From the NCBI GenBank assembly GCA_037387885.1, contig JARRKQ010000015.1:1-55646 (forward strand): a stretch of DNA of 55,646 bases. Direction: 5' to 3'. This stretch comes from Alphaproteobacteria bacterium (GTDB taxonomy: Bacteria; Pseudomonadota; Alphaproteobacteria; JAPULJ01). A program made the position numbers and the translations under genes. Below the pieces are notes generated by a model. That model worked only from the letters and a program-made list of their open reading frames with translations. It searched no databases and had not been told where the DNA came from. Positions within the stretch are counted from its first letter, which is position 1. Every line of letters starts with the position of its first letter. Below are positions 22,786 to 34,978 of the stretch, one piece after another.

Positions 22786-23393
22786 GTCCCGAAGTCCTCT
22801 CGCGCTTCATCAAGTACATGTTCATCGGCATCCTTGTGATGGGTGCCGTCTATTTCATTCTGCCGGGTTTCGTGGAGCGGGCGCCGGGCGACTACTACAC
22901 CGAGCAGGGCGACATCCTGCTGCGCGACCGCAAGTATGCCGAAGCGCTGAAGAAATTCGACGAAGCCCTGAAGGAACGGCCCGACCATCGCGGCGCGCTC
23001 ATGGGGCGCGCGCTGGTCTTCATCCAGACCAAGAAGCACGACAAGGCGATCACCGAGCTCACCTATCTCATCGATTATCTCAACCGCACGCTGAAGCCCG
23101 ACGACCGGACCGGCAAAGGCGTGCTCGCCGCCGCCTATGCCAACCGCGGCATCGTCCACGACCGCGAGGCCCGCTACAAGAAGGCGTTCGACGACTACAT
23201 CATGTCGCTCAAGACCGATGAGGACGTCGTCTCCGGTCCCGATGTCATTCACAAAATCCTTTATGGGAACGCCCGGCCGTCGACGGTCCGCAAGCGCGCG
23301 CGCTATATCGCCGAGCAGCTCAAGCTGCCGCCGGAAAAGCGGGTGCTCCGCATCCCGGAGGTCGACAAGAAGCAGCGGATGTATAAGCCGTAG
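22782..23393 (+). CDS. Membrane-anchored TPR protein
   Basis: N-terminal TM; TPR patterns (YAEALKKFDEALKERPDHRGALMGRALVF; AAAYANRGIV). Confidence 0.8.
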   Translation: MSPEVLSRFIKYMFIGILVMGAVYFILPGFVERAPGDYYTEQGDILLRDRKYAEALKKFDEALKERPDHRGALMGRALVFIQTKKHDKAITELTYLIDYLNRTLKPDDRTGKGVLAAAYANRGIVHDREARYKKAFDDYIMSLKTDEDVVSGPDVIHKILYGNARPSTVRKRARYIAEQLKLPPEKRVLRIPEVDKKQRMYKP

Positions 23394-23403
23394 CCGGCAG
23401 GGC

Positions 23404-23859
23404 TTAAAAACCCGCGGGCTTCGGCACGATTATGACCTCTTCCTGACGGTAGCGGCCGTGGCATTCATCGGGCGATTCGTTGACGATCGCCCGCTTGAAT
23501 CCGGCATCGAGCGCAAGCCACCGTTTGCGCAGATGCGCCGGAACACCGGCATCGATCAGCGATTCTTCCAAAAGCTTGTGCCGGATCTCGAACACCTCGG
23601 CCGGCATGAACATGTGGACGTGGGCGTCGCGCGGTGAGCGGCCGCCGTAGATCGCCGGTCCGCCCATCAGAGTCGTCCAGAAATCCGTTTGCTGCGCCTC
23701 CACCACCTCACGCTTGGTGTGGAGGAAGAAGCCTTTGAGCCACGGATGGGCGAAAAGCCTGGTGTAGAGCAGGTTATGGACACGAGCCAGGCAGGCGCGG
23801 CCGCCGACCTCGTCGAAAAAATTCTCGCCCAACAGCGATTTGCCCTTGGCCGCCGCCAT
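23404..23859 (-). CDS. Group 1 truncated hemoglobin-like protein
   Basis: FDEVGG, HPWLKGFF and QQTDFW..MGGPAIYGGR....AH with the proximal His. Confidence 0.8.
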   Translation of the reverse strand: MAAAKGKSLLGENFFDEVGGRACLARVHNLLYTRLFAHPWLKGFFLHTKREVVEAQQTDFWTTLMGGPAIYGGRSPRDAHVHMFMPAEVFEIRHKLLEESLIDAGVPAHLRKRWLALDAGFKRAIVNESPDECHGRYRQEEVIIVPKPAGF

Positions 23860-23981
23860 CGTTCATGCCCGCCCAGATTGGCCCGCCCGGAGTGGATAAT
23901 GCGGACAACTTAGGTACTGGGCTTTCACGGACGGTTAATGAAGGAAGACGGTGCGGATTCCGAAGCCCCGATATCCGCGGC

Positions 23982-24185
23982 TCAGGTAAATTTGACGACC
24001 TTGAGCACGTCCTGAAGCAGGACCAGGAAGAAGAATATCGCCGCGATGCAGCCGAATAGGAGCCGCACCGTGTCGGGCTTGCCGTCCGCATCGCGCCAGC
24101 GAATGCCATGCACAGCAATGATCGCCGTGACGGCGAGAAATATGTAGTTGATCGGCTGTTCCCAGGCCCCGGCAAACTCGAACAT
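23982..24185 (-). CDS. Small two-TM hypothetical protein
   Basis: 67 aa, two hydrophobic segments, ATG start preceded by a purine-rich stretch. Confidence 0.55.
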   Translation of the reverse strand: MFEFAGAWEQPINYIFLAVTAIIAVHGIRWRDADGKPDTVRLLFGCIAAIFFFLVLLQDVLKVVKFT

Positions 24186-24332
24186 GTACTTTCTGCCTAT
24201 CCAGTCGGCTCATCCGTGGCGGGTGGTTGGAGGATCAATTCCGCACGGTGACGCATTCTGGCAATTGCGGCCGGCAACGCAAGGGCGCCGCAAGGGACAT
24301 TCGACAAACCGAGGAGCCGAAGCCGGGGTGCG

Positions 24333-24800
24333 CTATTGGCCCTTGTTCAGATCGGGGCCGCCCTTCTTGAAATAGGGAGGAAATATCGAGCCGTCCCCCC
24401 GGGTGACCTGGTCGGCCAGGAAAATACCGCCAAAGATCGCAATCAAGATAACGCCGGCCGCCCAGGCGAACTTGCGCAAGCCATCGGGAACCTGGGTGTG
24501 GTAGTCGGCGTCGTAGCGATGGTAGTAGGGCTCATTGTCATCGAGTTCGCCGCGTGCGTCTTGCGCGATGATCTTCCGCGCATACTGCCGGGCCCAGAAC
24601 GGCACTTCGCTGTGCAGCATATAATTGGCGAATAGGCGGTCGATCACCGCATCCGGCATGTCGCGTTTGTGCCAATCGTAGAAGGCTAGCTGCAAAAGCT
24701 GAAATTCGCCGACCTGCAGCAGATTGGCAGCTTTGACAACCTCCGATCGGTCGTCCTGCTCCTCTTTGTCGGGATGGATCAGTGTCTCGAGTAGGTTCAT
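24333..24800 (-). CDS. Hypothetical protein with a C-terminal TM helix
   Basis: 155 aa with protein-like composition; family not recognised. Confidence 0.65.
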   Translation of the reverse strand: MNLLETLIHPDKEEQDDRSEVVKAANLLQVGEFQLLQLAFYDWHKRDMPDAVIDRLFANYMLHSEVPFWARQYARKIIAQDARGELDDNEPYYHRYDADYHTQVPDGLRKFAWAAGVILIAIFGGIFLADQVTRGDGSIFPPYFKKGGPDLNKGQ

Positions 24801-24947
24801 GACCGCTGCTCGTTGCCTCGCCGGGGGCTGCCCCGACCACAGCTCATAGTACGCCTCGCCTCGATGTCGATGATAATCAATTCGGCGTGTTGCCTGGACG
24901 TCAGCTCCGACCGAAAGGCGCGGCGATGGGAAAATCGTCCCCGCAAA

Positions 24948-25621
<674 letters not shown>

Positions 25622-25625
<4 letters not shown>

Positions 25626-26305
25626 GATCGGAACAGCCTCGTATGGAGTGTCTCGTGCCGCATGCTGGCGATGTCGATGACCGCGGCGCAGGAGCCGACG
25701 GGTTCAACGGCGCTGGCAATCGCTTGTTCGGAGGTTTCAGCCACGACGGGCTCGAGCGCGGCGATGGCCCGCTGACCATCACGCTGGCCGAGCGGGACGA
25801 GCCGCATGCCGGCCGAAACCAGGTTCGCGGAGAACTCCGTCAGATATGCGCCCACCCCGACGCGGACCGGGACGCCGTGACCGGCGCAGGCCATCGCCAC
25901 GGCGATCGGAAAGACAATGGGGATGTTTTCATCGCCGTCGCTTAGCAGATCGAGCTCGGGGCAGGGCCAGGCATCTCGGGTGGCGATCAGGAAGGCCTCG
26001 CCCTGGCTGGTCGTTTGCAGGCGGATCTCGGCGCTCGGCGTCATCGCGTAGCCCAGCTCGGCGGTTTCGATCAAGAGCGCCTTGTCGCCGTTGGCCGCGG
26101 CGCCGTGGGCGACGGCAAAGAGCCAGGCATCGATCCATCCCGCGCCGTGGCGCAGGCTGGTGACGATCCAGTCGAGGAGGCTCTCCCGATCGATGACCTG
26201 ACCATCGGCGACGGCGGTTTCCAGGCCGCCCGAATAGGAGAACGAGCCGACCGGATAGGCCGGCGACAGCCAGGTCATCAGGCGGTAGAGCTCGCCGCCC
26301 ATCAT
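25622..26305 (-). CDS. ureF: Urease accessory protein UreF
   Basis: [25 protein letters not shown] and C-terminal [11 protein letters not shown]; start reassigned to 26305 (ATGA overlap with ureE). Confidence 0.93.
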
Positions 26306-26825
26306 CGCCCGGGGTCCTTGCCATTTGCGCGGATCGGCGTCTCGCCGTCGTGCGGATGGTGGTGGGCGTGTCCACCATGTCCGTGAGGGCTGTGGCCATC
26401 GTAGGCGCCGCCCTCGGGATTGAAGGGCCGGGTTACCGGCCGCACTTCCGCGCCGAGGCCACGCAGCATCGCCTCGATCACATGGTCGCGGTGGATATAG
26501 AGCGTCTCGCCATCGATCTCGGTGGGCAGATGGCGGTTGCCCAAATGCCAGGCGAGACGCAAGAGATGATGCGCGTCCTTCGCGTCGACAGCGGCGAGGG
26601 CTTCGGGTTGCGCCCGAACTAGAACCCACCGGTCGTCATCGAGCTTGAGGCCGTCGCCGTCGCCCAGCACGCCGGCTTCCGCCCGCTCCAGCAGCACGGC
26701 TTCGCCGTCATCGGTGTCGATCCGAATGCGGCGGCGGCAGCGGGTGTCATAGTCGAGCGTGACGGTCGCCGTCGCCTCGGCCACGGGCCACGCACCTTGG
26801 GTCACGATGACGGCGACGCGGCGCA

Positions 26826-26826
<1 letters not shown>
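26302..26826 (-). CDS. ureE: Urease nickel chaperone UreE
   Basis: RLAWHLGNRH, DHVIEAML and PFNPEGGAY, plus a His-rich tail. Confidence 0.95.
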
Positions 26827-28414
<1,588 letters not shown>

Positions 28415-28419
28415 CCCGC

Positions 28420-28755
28420 TCAGCCTCCCGCGCCGCCATTGAGGGCGCCGTTCAGCCTGCCATTGATGAGGCCATTGAAACCGTAGACCGTCTCGCCACC
28501 GCCATAGCGCACGAGCGTCACCGAACGCGTCATTCCGGGCTCGAAGCGCACGGCCGTCCCGGCCGGGATATCGAGGCGAAATCCCCGCGCCGTATCCCGG
28601 TCGAAGGCCAAGGCCTCGTTGGTCTCGAAGAAATGATAGTGTGAGCCCACCTGAACCGGCCGGTCCCCGGTATTGGTGACCTCAAGGGCGACGGTGTCAC
28701 GGCCGGCGTTCAGCGTGATCGTGCCCGGTGCCGGCATGACTTCGCCGGGGATCAT
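28420..28755 (-). CDS. ureB: Urease beta subunit
   Basis: [22 protein letters not shown] and [15 protein letters not shown]. Confidence 0.96.
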   Translation of the reverse strand: MIPGEVMPAPGTITLNAGRDTVALEVTNTGDRPVQVGSHYHFFETNEALAFDRDTARGFRLDIPAGTAVRFEPGMTRSVTLVRYGGGETVYGFNGLINGRLNGALNGGAGG

Positions 28756-29327
28756 GCGACGAGTCCGAGGGCTGCCCCGGCCGTCGCCAGCACACCGGCC
28801 GCCCAACGCAGGGCGTTGCGCGCGCCGCCAGCCATTGCCGCGCGGCCGCCAAGCACGACGAAGAGAAGCAGCACGGCCATGGCGGTGCACATGCCGGCGG
28901 CAAAGGGCGCGAGCGCGTTCGCGCCGACCTCGATTCCGTGGAGGTGGCCATGCGCAAAGCCGAAAAAGCCGATCACCGTCGCAGCCGACCACAGCCCCAC
29001 GCGAAAGGCGCTCGCCGCGAGGAGGGCCGGGATCAGGATCGAAGCGAGCATCACATGCTCGAAGGCGGGCATCACCGCGCCGAAAGTCGCCACGCCAAAG
29101 CCGGCCAGCACCGAGGCGAGGAACGTTAAGGGCCATACCATCGGCGCGCGGCCACCGCGCACGACCGCCCATAGCGCGACCGCGGCGATGGCGAGAAGAT
29201 GGTCCCAACCGGTGAGCGGATGTAGCAGGCCGGCCATGAAAGACGCGTTGCCCGAATGCCCTGTATGCGCAGCGGCCGGGGTCGCCATGATGACGAACGC
29301 CAAACTCACCAGAATTTTTGAACGCAT
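28752..29327 (-). CDS. ureJ: HupE/UreJ family nickel transporter
   Basis: Signal peptide then AHTG; [14 protein letters not shown] and [10 protein letters not shown]. Confidence 0.9.
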   Translation of the reverse strand: MRSKILVSLAFVIMATPAAAHTGHSGNASFMAGLLHPLTGWDHLLAIAAVALWAVVRGGRAPMVWPLTFLASVLAGFGVATFGAVMPAFEHVMLASILIPALLAASAFRVGLWSAATVIGFFGFAHGHLHGIEVGANALAPFAAGMCTAMAVLLLFVVLGGRAAMAGGARNALRWAAGVLATAGAALGLVA

Positions 29328-29340
29328 TAGATTTCCCTCC

Positions 29341-29643
29341 CTATCGGATCGGTTGGTGGACGGTGACGAGCTTGGTGCCGTCGGGGAACGTCGCCTCGAC
29401 CTGGACCTCGTCGATCATTTCGGCGACACCGTCCATCACTTGTTCTCGGCTGACGACGCCGGCGCCGGCCGACATGAGGTCGGCGACGCTGCGGCCGTCG
29501 CGGGCGCCTTCGACGACGAAATCGCTGATCAATGCCACCGCCTCAGGGTAATTGAGCTTCACGCCCCGTTCCAAGCGCCGGCGCGCCACGATCGCGGCCA
29601 TGGCGACCAGCAGCTTGTCTTTTTCGCGCGGCATCAGTTTCAT
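29341..29643 (-). CDS. ureA: Urease gamma subunit
   Basis: 100 aa; [15 protein letters not shown] and [14 protein letters not shown]. Confidence 0.97.
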   Translation of the reverse strand: MKLMPREKDKLLVAMAAIVARRRLERGVKLNYPEAVALISDFVVEGARDGRSVADLMSAGAGVVSREQVMDGVAEMIDEVQVEATFPDGTKLVTVHQPIR

Positions 29644-29658
29644 GAGCGCCCCTCCACG

Positions 29659-30567
29659 TCAGATTGCCCAGATCCTCGGGACGCGTCCGGTCGTACGGTA
29701 GCGCCGCCAGAAATCGGTATAGGCGTCGAGCAGCGTTTTCGCGTCGCGCCCGAGCCAACGCACGATCAGGAGGCCGTCGATCACCGTGGCACCTGCCATG
29801 AGATTGTCGGTGTCCCCGCCGATGATCGTCCGGGCCGTCTCAAGCCCGTCGGCTGCGTCATCTCCGGCATGAACAAAGAGCGCGCCCGCCCGTGCACCGG
29901 CGAGGCAGGCCGGATGATCGCGCACGGCCGACCAATCGTCGACGGCCATGCGGTCTGTCCAGATGAGGCGGCCGCTGCGGCGCACCTCCCAGATGTCGGA
30001 AAGCCGGCCACTCGCCAGGCGCTCGCCGGAGCCGGCCCGGCCATAGGCCACGACTTCGCCGGCATGAACGCTCGCCCCGGGCTCGAATGAAATTCGGGTC
30101 CTCCGCTGCAGCACCGCGCCGTCGAACAGGATCGTCGGCTGCGGCATCCAGGCGAGCGAGGCCCGGGCCGACACGGTGATCTCGCAGTCGACGCAGACCT
30201 CGGGTCCGGCGCTGCGGTAGATCTTCTCCGCGGCCTGGCTGGTGATAAGTGCGTGCGCGCCGTCGCTGCTGCTGATCTGGGTTGAGAGCGTGTCGCCGCC
30301 GACGAGCCCGCCGGCGACATTGGCCAGGACGGCCTCGAGCTCGTCGATGCTTCCGTAGCGCGGAAAGAACGCCCGGAGCGGCGCTTGCTGGTAGAGATCG
30401 ACAAGGCGCGTCCTGCCGGAGCGGCCATCGAAGGCGAGGCGGACCGAGCCCTCCATGGGCACGCCGCGCGTGGGCGCGACGGTTGGCTGCTGCGAGCGAA
30501 TCGGCGGTTCGTCGCGCGGGGGCGGGCTTCGATCATACGGTGAGGTGGCGTCTAACACGCGCTTCAT
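29659..30567 (-). CDS. ureD: Urease accessory protein UreD
   Basis: NVAGGLVGGD, TSQAAEKIYRS and WMPQPTILFDG; start uncertain (possibly 30456, or the out-of-frame ATG at 30536). Confidence 0.9.
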   Translation of the reverse strand: MKRVLDATSPYDRSPPPRDEPPIRSQQPTVAPTRGVPMEGSVRLAFDGRSGRTRLVDLYQQAPLRAFFPRYGSIDELEAVLANVAGGLVGGDTLSTQISSSDGAHALITSQAAEKIYRSAGPEVCVDCEITVSARASLAWMPQPTILFDGAVLQRRTRISFEPGASVHAGEVVAYGRAGSGERLASGRLSDIWEVRRSGRLIWTDRMAVDDWSAVRDHPACLAGARAGALFVHAGDDAADGLETARTIIGGDTDNLMAGATVIDGLLIVRWLGRDAKTLLDAYTDFWRRYRTTGRVPRIWAI

Positions 30568-31228
30568 CCATTACGTCCGCGGCCCCGGCGAGAACGATCT
30601 CGCCGCGGTCCATCACCGCGTATTGTTGCGCCAAGCGGCGGGCGAAGTCGAAATATTGTTCGACCAGCACGATCGCCATGTCGCCGCGCGCGGCGAGCAG
30701 CGCGATCACCCGCTCGATGTCCTTGATGATCGAGGGCTGAATCCCCTCGGTCGGCTCGTCGAGCAGCAACAGCTTCGGCTTGAGCACGAGGGCCCGGGCG
30801 ATCGCGAGCTGCTGTTGCTGGCCACCGGAAAGGTCGCCGCCGCGGCGTTTCATCATGTCTTTCAGGACGGGGAAGAGCTCGAAGATCTCCTCGGGGATCT
30901 TGCGCTCACTGCGGGGCAGGACCGAGAAGCCCGTCTGCAGGTTCTCTTCCACCGTCAGCAGCGAGAAGATCTCGCGGCCCTGGGGGCAGATCGCGATGCC
31001 CCGTCGCGTGCGCTGATGGGTCGGCAGCTTCGTGATGTCGTCGCCGTCCCAGAGAATATGGCCGCCGCGCACCGGCTCCTGGCCGATGATGGCGCGCAGC
31101 AGGCTCGTCTTGCCGACGCCGTTGCGGCCGAGCACCGCGGTTACCGCGCCCGCCTTCGCCTCGATCGAGACGCCGCGCAGCGCCTGGCTGCCACCGTAGT
31201 AGAGATCGATCTGGTCGACCTGCAGCAT
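30533..31228 (-). CDS. urtE: Urea ABC transporter ATPase UrtE
   Basis: GRNGVGKT, LSGGQQQQLAIARAL and LDEPTEGIQPSII. Confidence 0.93.
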   Translation of the reverse strand: MLQVDQIDLYYGGSQALRGVSIEAKAGAVTAVLGRNGVGKTSLLRAIIGQEPVRGGHILWDGDDITKLPTHQRTRRGIAICPQGREIFSLLTVEENLQTGFSVLPRSERKIPEEIFELFPVLKDMMKRRGGDLSGGQQQQLAIARALVLKPKLLLLDEPTEGIQPSIIKDIERVIALLAARGDMAIVLVEQYFDFARRLAQQYAVMDRGEIVLAGAADVMDEARVRRHLTV

Positions 31229-31232
31229 GGCG

Positions 31233-32021
31233 TCAGCGCCCCAGATAGACGTCGATGACGTCCTGATTGGATTGCACGTGATCGATCGAGCCCTCGGCCA
31301 GGACGCTGCCCTCGTGGAGAACGGTCACCCGCGATTCGAGCATGCGGATGAACTCCATGTCGTGCTCGACCACCACCACCGAATGGTTCTGGGCGATATC
31401 CTTCAGGAGCGTGGCCGTGCGCTCGGTTTCCTCGTCGGTCATGCCCGCCGCCGGCTCGTCGACCAGCAGCAGCTCGGGCTCCTGGATCAACAGCATGCCG
31501 ATCTCCAGCCATTGTTTCTGGCCGTGGGAAAGCGCGCCGGCCATCTCCGTCCGCCGGTCGGCCAGGCGGATCAGGTCGAGCATGGCGTCGATGCGCGCTT
31601 CCTGTTCCGTACCCAGGCGGTGAAAGAGGGCGGCCTTCAGACCACGATTGCCGGCCAGCGCCAGCTCCAGATTCTCATACACCGATTGTGTTTCGAAGAC
31701 GGTCGGCTTTTGGAACTTGCGCCCGATCCCGAGATTGGCGATGCGCGCCTCGTCGAGCTGGGTGAGATCCGTCTCGCCCTTGAAGAAGACCTCGCCCTTG
31801 TCCGGCTGCGTCTTGCCGGTGATGACGTCCATCATCGTGGTCTTGCCGGCGCCGTTGGGCCCGATGATGGCGCGCAGCTCGCCCTCGGCGAGGACGAAGC
31901 TCAAGGCGTTGAGGGCCTTGAAGCCGTCGAAGCTGACGGTCACGCCGTCGAGGTAGAGGAGGGAATTGGCGTGGTGCGCGACCTCTTTCGGGACGCCCAG
32001 CGGAATATCGTACTCAGCCAT
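31233..32021 (-). CDS. urtD: Urea ABC transporter ATPase UrtD
   Basis: VSFDGFKAL, GPNGAGKTT, LSHGQKQWLEIG and VYLGR. Confidence 0.93.
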   Translation of the reverse strand: MAEYDIPLGVPKEVAHHANSLLYLDGVTVSFDGFKALNALSFVLAEGELRAIIGPNGAGKTTMMDVITGKTQPDKGEVFFKGETDLTQLDEARIANLGIGRKFQKPTVFETQSVYENLELALAGNRGLKAALFHRLGTEQEARIDAMLDLIRLADRRTEMAGALSHGQKQWLEIGMLLIQEPELLLVDEPAAGMTDEETERTATLLKDIAQNHSVVVVEHDMEFIRMLESRVTVLHEGSVLAEGSIDHVQSNQDVIDVYLGR

Positions 32022-33171
32022 GGCCTTCCTCCGCCGGTTGACGGCCGGGGCCTGCGAGCCGCGTCAGCCAGGCAGGCCGCTTGACTGAGAAAGACGGAAT
32101 GGTGCCGACGATCCCCTTGGGCAGGAAAAGCGTGCTGGCGACGAACACGCCGCCGAGGAAGAACAGCCAATAGTCGGGAAACTCGCCGGTGAAATAGGTC
32201 TTGAGGTAATTGATCACGATGGCCCCGAGCACGGCGCCGTAAAGCGAGCCGCGGCCGCCGACCGCGACCCAGATGACGATTTCGATCGACTGGGCCGGTG
32301 AGAACTCGCTCGGATTGATGATGCCGACCTGGGGCACGTAGAGCGCACCGGCGATGCCGGCGAGCACGGCGGAAATCACGAAGGCGAAGAGCTTGTACTT
32401 GTCGACCCGGTAGCCGAGAAAGCGGGTGCGGCTTTCGGCGTCGCGGATCGCCACGAGCACACGGCCGAATTTTGTCAACGTGATCGCCCGGCACAGAATG
32501 TATCCGAGGATGACCGCAACGGCCGAAGCGACGAAGAGGCCGATCGTGGTTGAGGAGGCCTTGAGGTTGAAGCCGAGGACGTCCTTGAAATCGGTGAGCC
32601 CATTATTGCCGCCGAAGCCCATCTCGTTGCGGAAAAAGGCAAGCAGCAGCGCATAGGTCATCGCCTGGGTGATGATCGAGAGATAAACCCCGGTCACCCG
32701 GGAGCGGAAGGCGAACCAGCCGAAGACGAAGGCGAGCAGGCCGGGCACCAGCACGATCATCAGCGCGGCGAAGGCGAAGCTGTCGAAGCCGAACCAGTAC
32801 CAGGGCAGCTCCTTCCAATTGAGGAAGACCATGAAGTCAGGCAGCACTGGGTTCTTGTAGACGCCGCGGTCGCCGATCTGGCGCATCATGTACATACCCA
32901 TGGCGTAGCCGCCGAGGGCAAAGAACGCGCCATGGCCGAGGCTGAGGATGCCGGCGAAGCCCCAGATCAGATCGACGCTGAGCGCCAAAAGTGCGTAGCA
33001 GAGATACTTGCCGAAGAGGCTGACGAGATAGTCGGGCACATAGAGCGGCGAGCCCGGCGGCAGAAACTGGTTGGCCAGCGGCACCAGCACCGCGGCCGCG
33101 GCGATGATGCCGACCAGCCCCCGTCCACCTTTATCGGCGAGCAGCGCGCGGGTCACCGGACCGAGGGTCAT
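32014..33171 (-). CDS. urtC: Urea ABC transporter permease UrtC
   Basis: GILSLGHGAFF, LPDFMVFL, GFGGNNGLTDF and YVPQVGIINP. Confidence 0.93.
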   Translation of the reverse strand: MTLGPVTRALLADKGGRGLVGIIAAAAVLVPLANQFLPPGSPLYVPDYLVSLFGKYLCYALLALSVDLIWGFAGILSLGHGAFFALGGYAMGMYMMRQIGDRGVYKNPVLPDFMVFLNWKELPWYWFGFDSFAFAALMIVLVPGLLAFVFGWFAFRSRVTGVYLSIITQAMTYALLLAFFRNEMGFGGNNGLTDFKDVLGFNLKASSTTIGLFVASAVAVILGYILCRAITLTKFGRVLVAIRDAESRTRFLGYRVDKYKLFAFVISAVLAGIAGALYVPQVGIINPSEFSPAQSIEIVIWVAVGGRGSLYGAVLGAIVINYLKTYFTGEFPDYWLFFLGGVFVASTLFLPKGIVGTIPSFSVKRPAWLTRLAGPGRQPAEEGHG

Positions 33172-33199
33172 GGTTTGGCTCTCATACCGCTCAACCCTC

Positions 33200-34882
33200 T
33201 TAGCCTTCCGCCGCCCGGCCCTTGAGCGCGAAGAGCCCGCGCGGCCGCCGCTGGATGAAAAGGATGATGAAGATCAGCACCAGCACCTTGCCCAGCACCA
33301 CGCCTGCGTAAGGCTCCAGCAGCTTGTTGACCACCCCGAGGCTGAGCGCGCCGACGAGGGTGCCCCAAAGATTGCCGACGCCGCCGAACACCACGACCAT
33401 GAAGCTGTCGATGATGAAGCTCTGTCCCAGGTTGGGGCTGACATTGGTGATCTGGCTCAGTGCCACCCCGGCGATCCCAGCGATGCCCGAGCCGAGCCCG
33501 AAGGTCATGGCGTTGACCCAGCCGTTGCGGATGCCCATGGCGCTGGCCATCGGCCGGTTCTGGGTCACGGCGCGCATTTTCAGGCCGAGCGACGTCTTTC
33601 GCACGATCAGCAGAAGGCCGGCGAAAACGATGAGCGCGAAGACGATGATCCAGAGCCGGTTGTACGTGAGCGTGATGCCGCCGGCGACGTCGAAGCCGCC
33701 GCTCATGAACGACGGATTGCCGACCTCGCGGTTCTGGGCGCCGAAGATGGTGCGCACCGCCTGCTGGATGATGAGGCTGACGCCCCAGGTGGCAAGCAAG
33801 GTCTCGAGCGGGCGGCCGTAAAGGAAACGAATAATCCCGCGCTCCATCACGATGCCGATGATCCCGGCTGCGACGAAGGCAACGGGAAGCGCCACCGCCA
33901 GCGAATAGTCGAAAAGCTGCGGGGCGTTGCTGCGGAAGATTTCCTGCACCGTGAAGGTCGCATAGGCGCCGATCACGACCATTTCGCCATGCGCCATGTT
34001 GATCACGCCCATGACGCCGAAGGTGACGGCAAGACCGATCGCCGCCAGCAGCAGGACCGAGCCGAGACTGATGCCGCGGTAAAGATCGCCCGCGGTCGAC
34101 CACAGCGCGAGATTGCTCTCGATACCCTTGACCGCGCTGATCGCAGCTTTGCGCACCGCCGGGTCGGGCTCGAGGAACTTGCCTTTGGCGTCCTTGGCGG
34201 TGAGCGGTTTCAGCAAGGCGACAATTGCCGGACTGGATTCACTTGCCAGCGAGCGGATCGCGGCGATCCGCTCGGCCGCCACACTGCCATAGGTGATCAA
34301 GGTTGCGGCATAGGCGCGGCGAAGGCGCACCCGTGTGTCGGCGTCCTTCTCCACGGCCAAGGCCTTCTTCAGCAAGGGCAGGAAGGATTTGGAGCGCGCC
34401 TTGAAGGCGGCATCTGCGGCCGCCTTTCGGATCTCGATATTCTTGCTGAAGAGATTGAGTGTTGCGAGCGCGCTACTGATCGCACGGCGCACCCGGTTGT
34501 TGATGCGAGCCTTGGTGACCTCGCCCGATTTCAGCGTGACGGTCTTGGCCGGGTCGAGCGGATCGGACAGTGTGAGCGCATCGCCGTCTTCGAATTGTAG
34601 CACGAAAACCCGGCCGTCTGCGTCCCGGCGATAGAGCTTGCCGGACCGGTAGTGGTGCAGAATGTCGGCCGCGCGGGGATCGCCGGTTTCCGCAAAAGCC
34701 CGGACAGCGCGGGCCTTGCGCGAATAGCTGCCTTTGGCGAGCGCATCGATGCGGGCCCGAAAGGCTGCGTCGTCGCCATCTTCGGCCGCCAGGCGGCCCG
34801 CGGCGCCGACCATGGCCACCAGAACGGCGGCAAGCAGAACCGTGAGCGTGGCGAGCCGTGCAGGCATCAACCCGTTCTCCAA
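33200..34882 (-). CDS. urtB: Urea ABC transporter permease UrtB with a large N-terminal periplasmic domain
   Basis: TFGVMGVINMAHGE, LYGRPLETLLATWG, IIDSFMVVVFGG and RPRGLF. Confidence 0.93.
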   Translation of the reverse strand: MENGLMPARLATLTVLLAAVLVAMVGAAGRLAAEDGDDAAFRARIDALAKGSYSRKARAVRAFAETGDPRAADILHHYRSGKLYRRDADGRVFVLQFEDGDALTLSDPLDPAKTVTLKSGEVTKARINNRVRRAISSALATLNLFSKNIEIRKAAADAAFKARSKSFLPLLKKALAVEKDADTRVRLRRAYAATLITYGSVAAERIAAIRSLASESSPAIVALLKPLTAKDAKGKFLEPDPAVRKAAISAVKGIESNLALWSTAGDLYRGISLGSVLLLAAIGLAVTFGVMGVINMAHGEMVVIGAYATFTVQEIFRSNAPQLFDYSLAVALPVAFVAAGIIGIVMERGIIRFLYGRPLETLLATWGVSLIIQQAVRTIFGAQNREVGNPSFMSGGFDVAGGITLTYNRLWIIVFALIVFAGLLLIVRKTSLGLKMRAVTQNRPMASAMGIRNGWVNAMTFGLGSGIAGIAGVALSQITNVSPNLGQSFIIDSFMVVVFGGVGNLWGTLVGALSLGVVNKLLEPYAGVVLGKVLVLIFIILFIQRRPRGLFALKGRAAEG

Positions 34883-34978
34883 GAGAGCAATTCGGCGTGG
34901 GCGATAGGGACGTGGGCTGAAAGGATAGGGGGCCGCCTTGCGGGGAAGTCCAGGTAACAGACGGCCCCCCTTGCCAGC

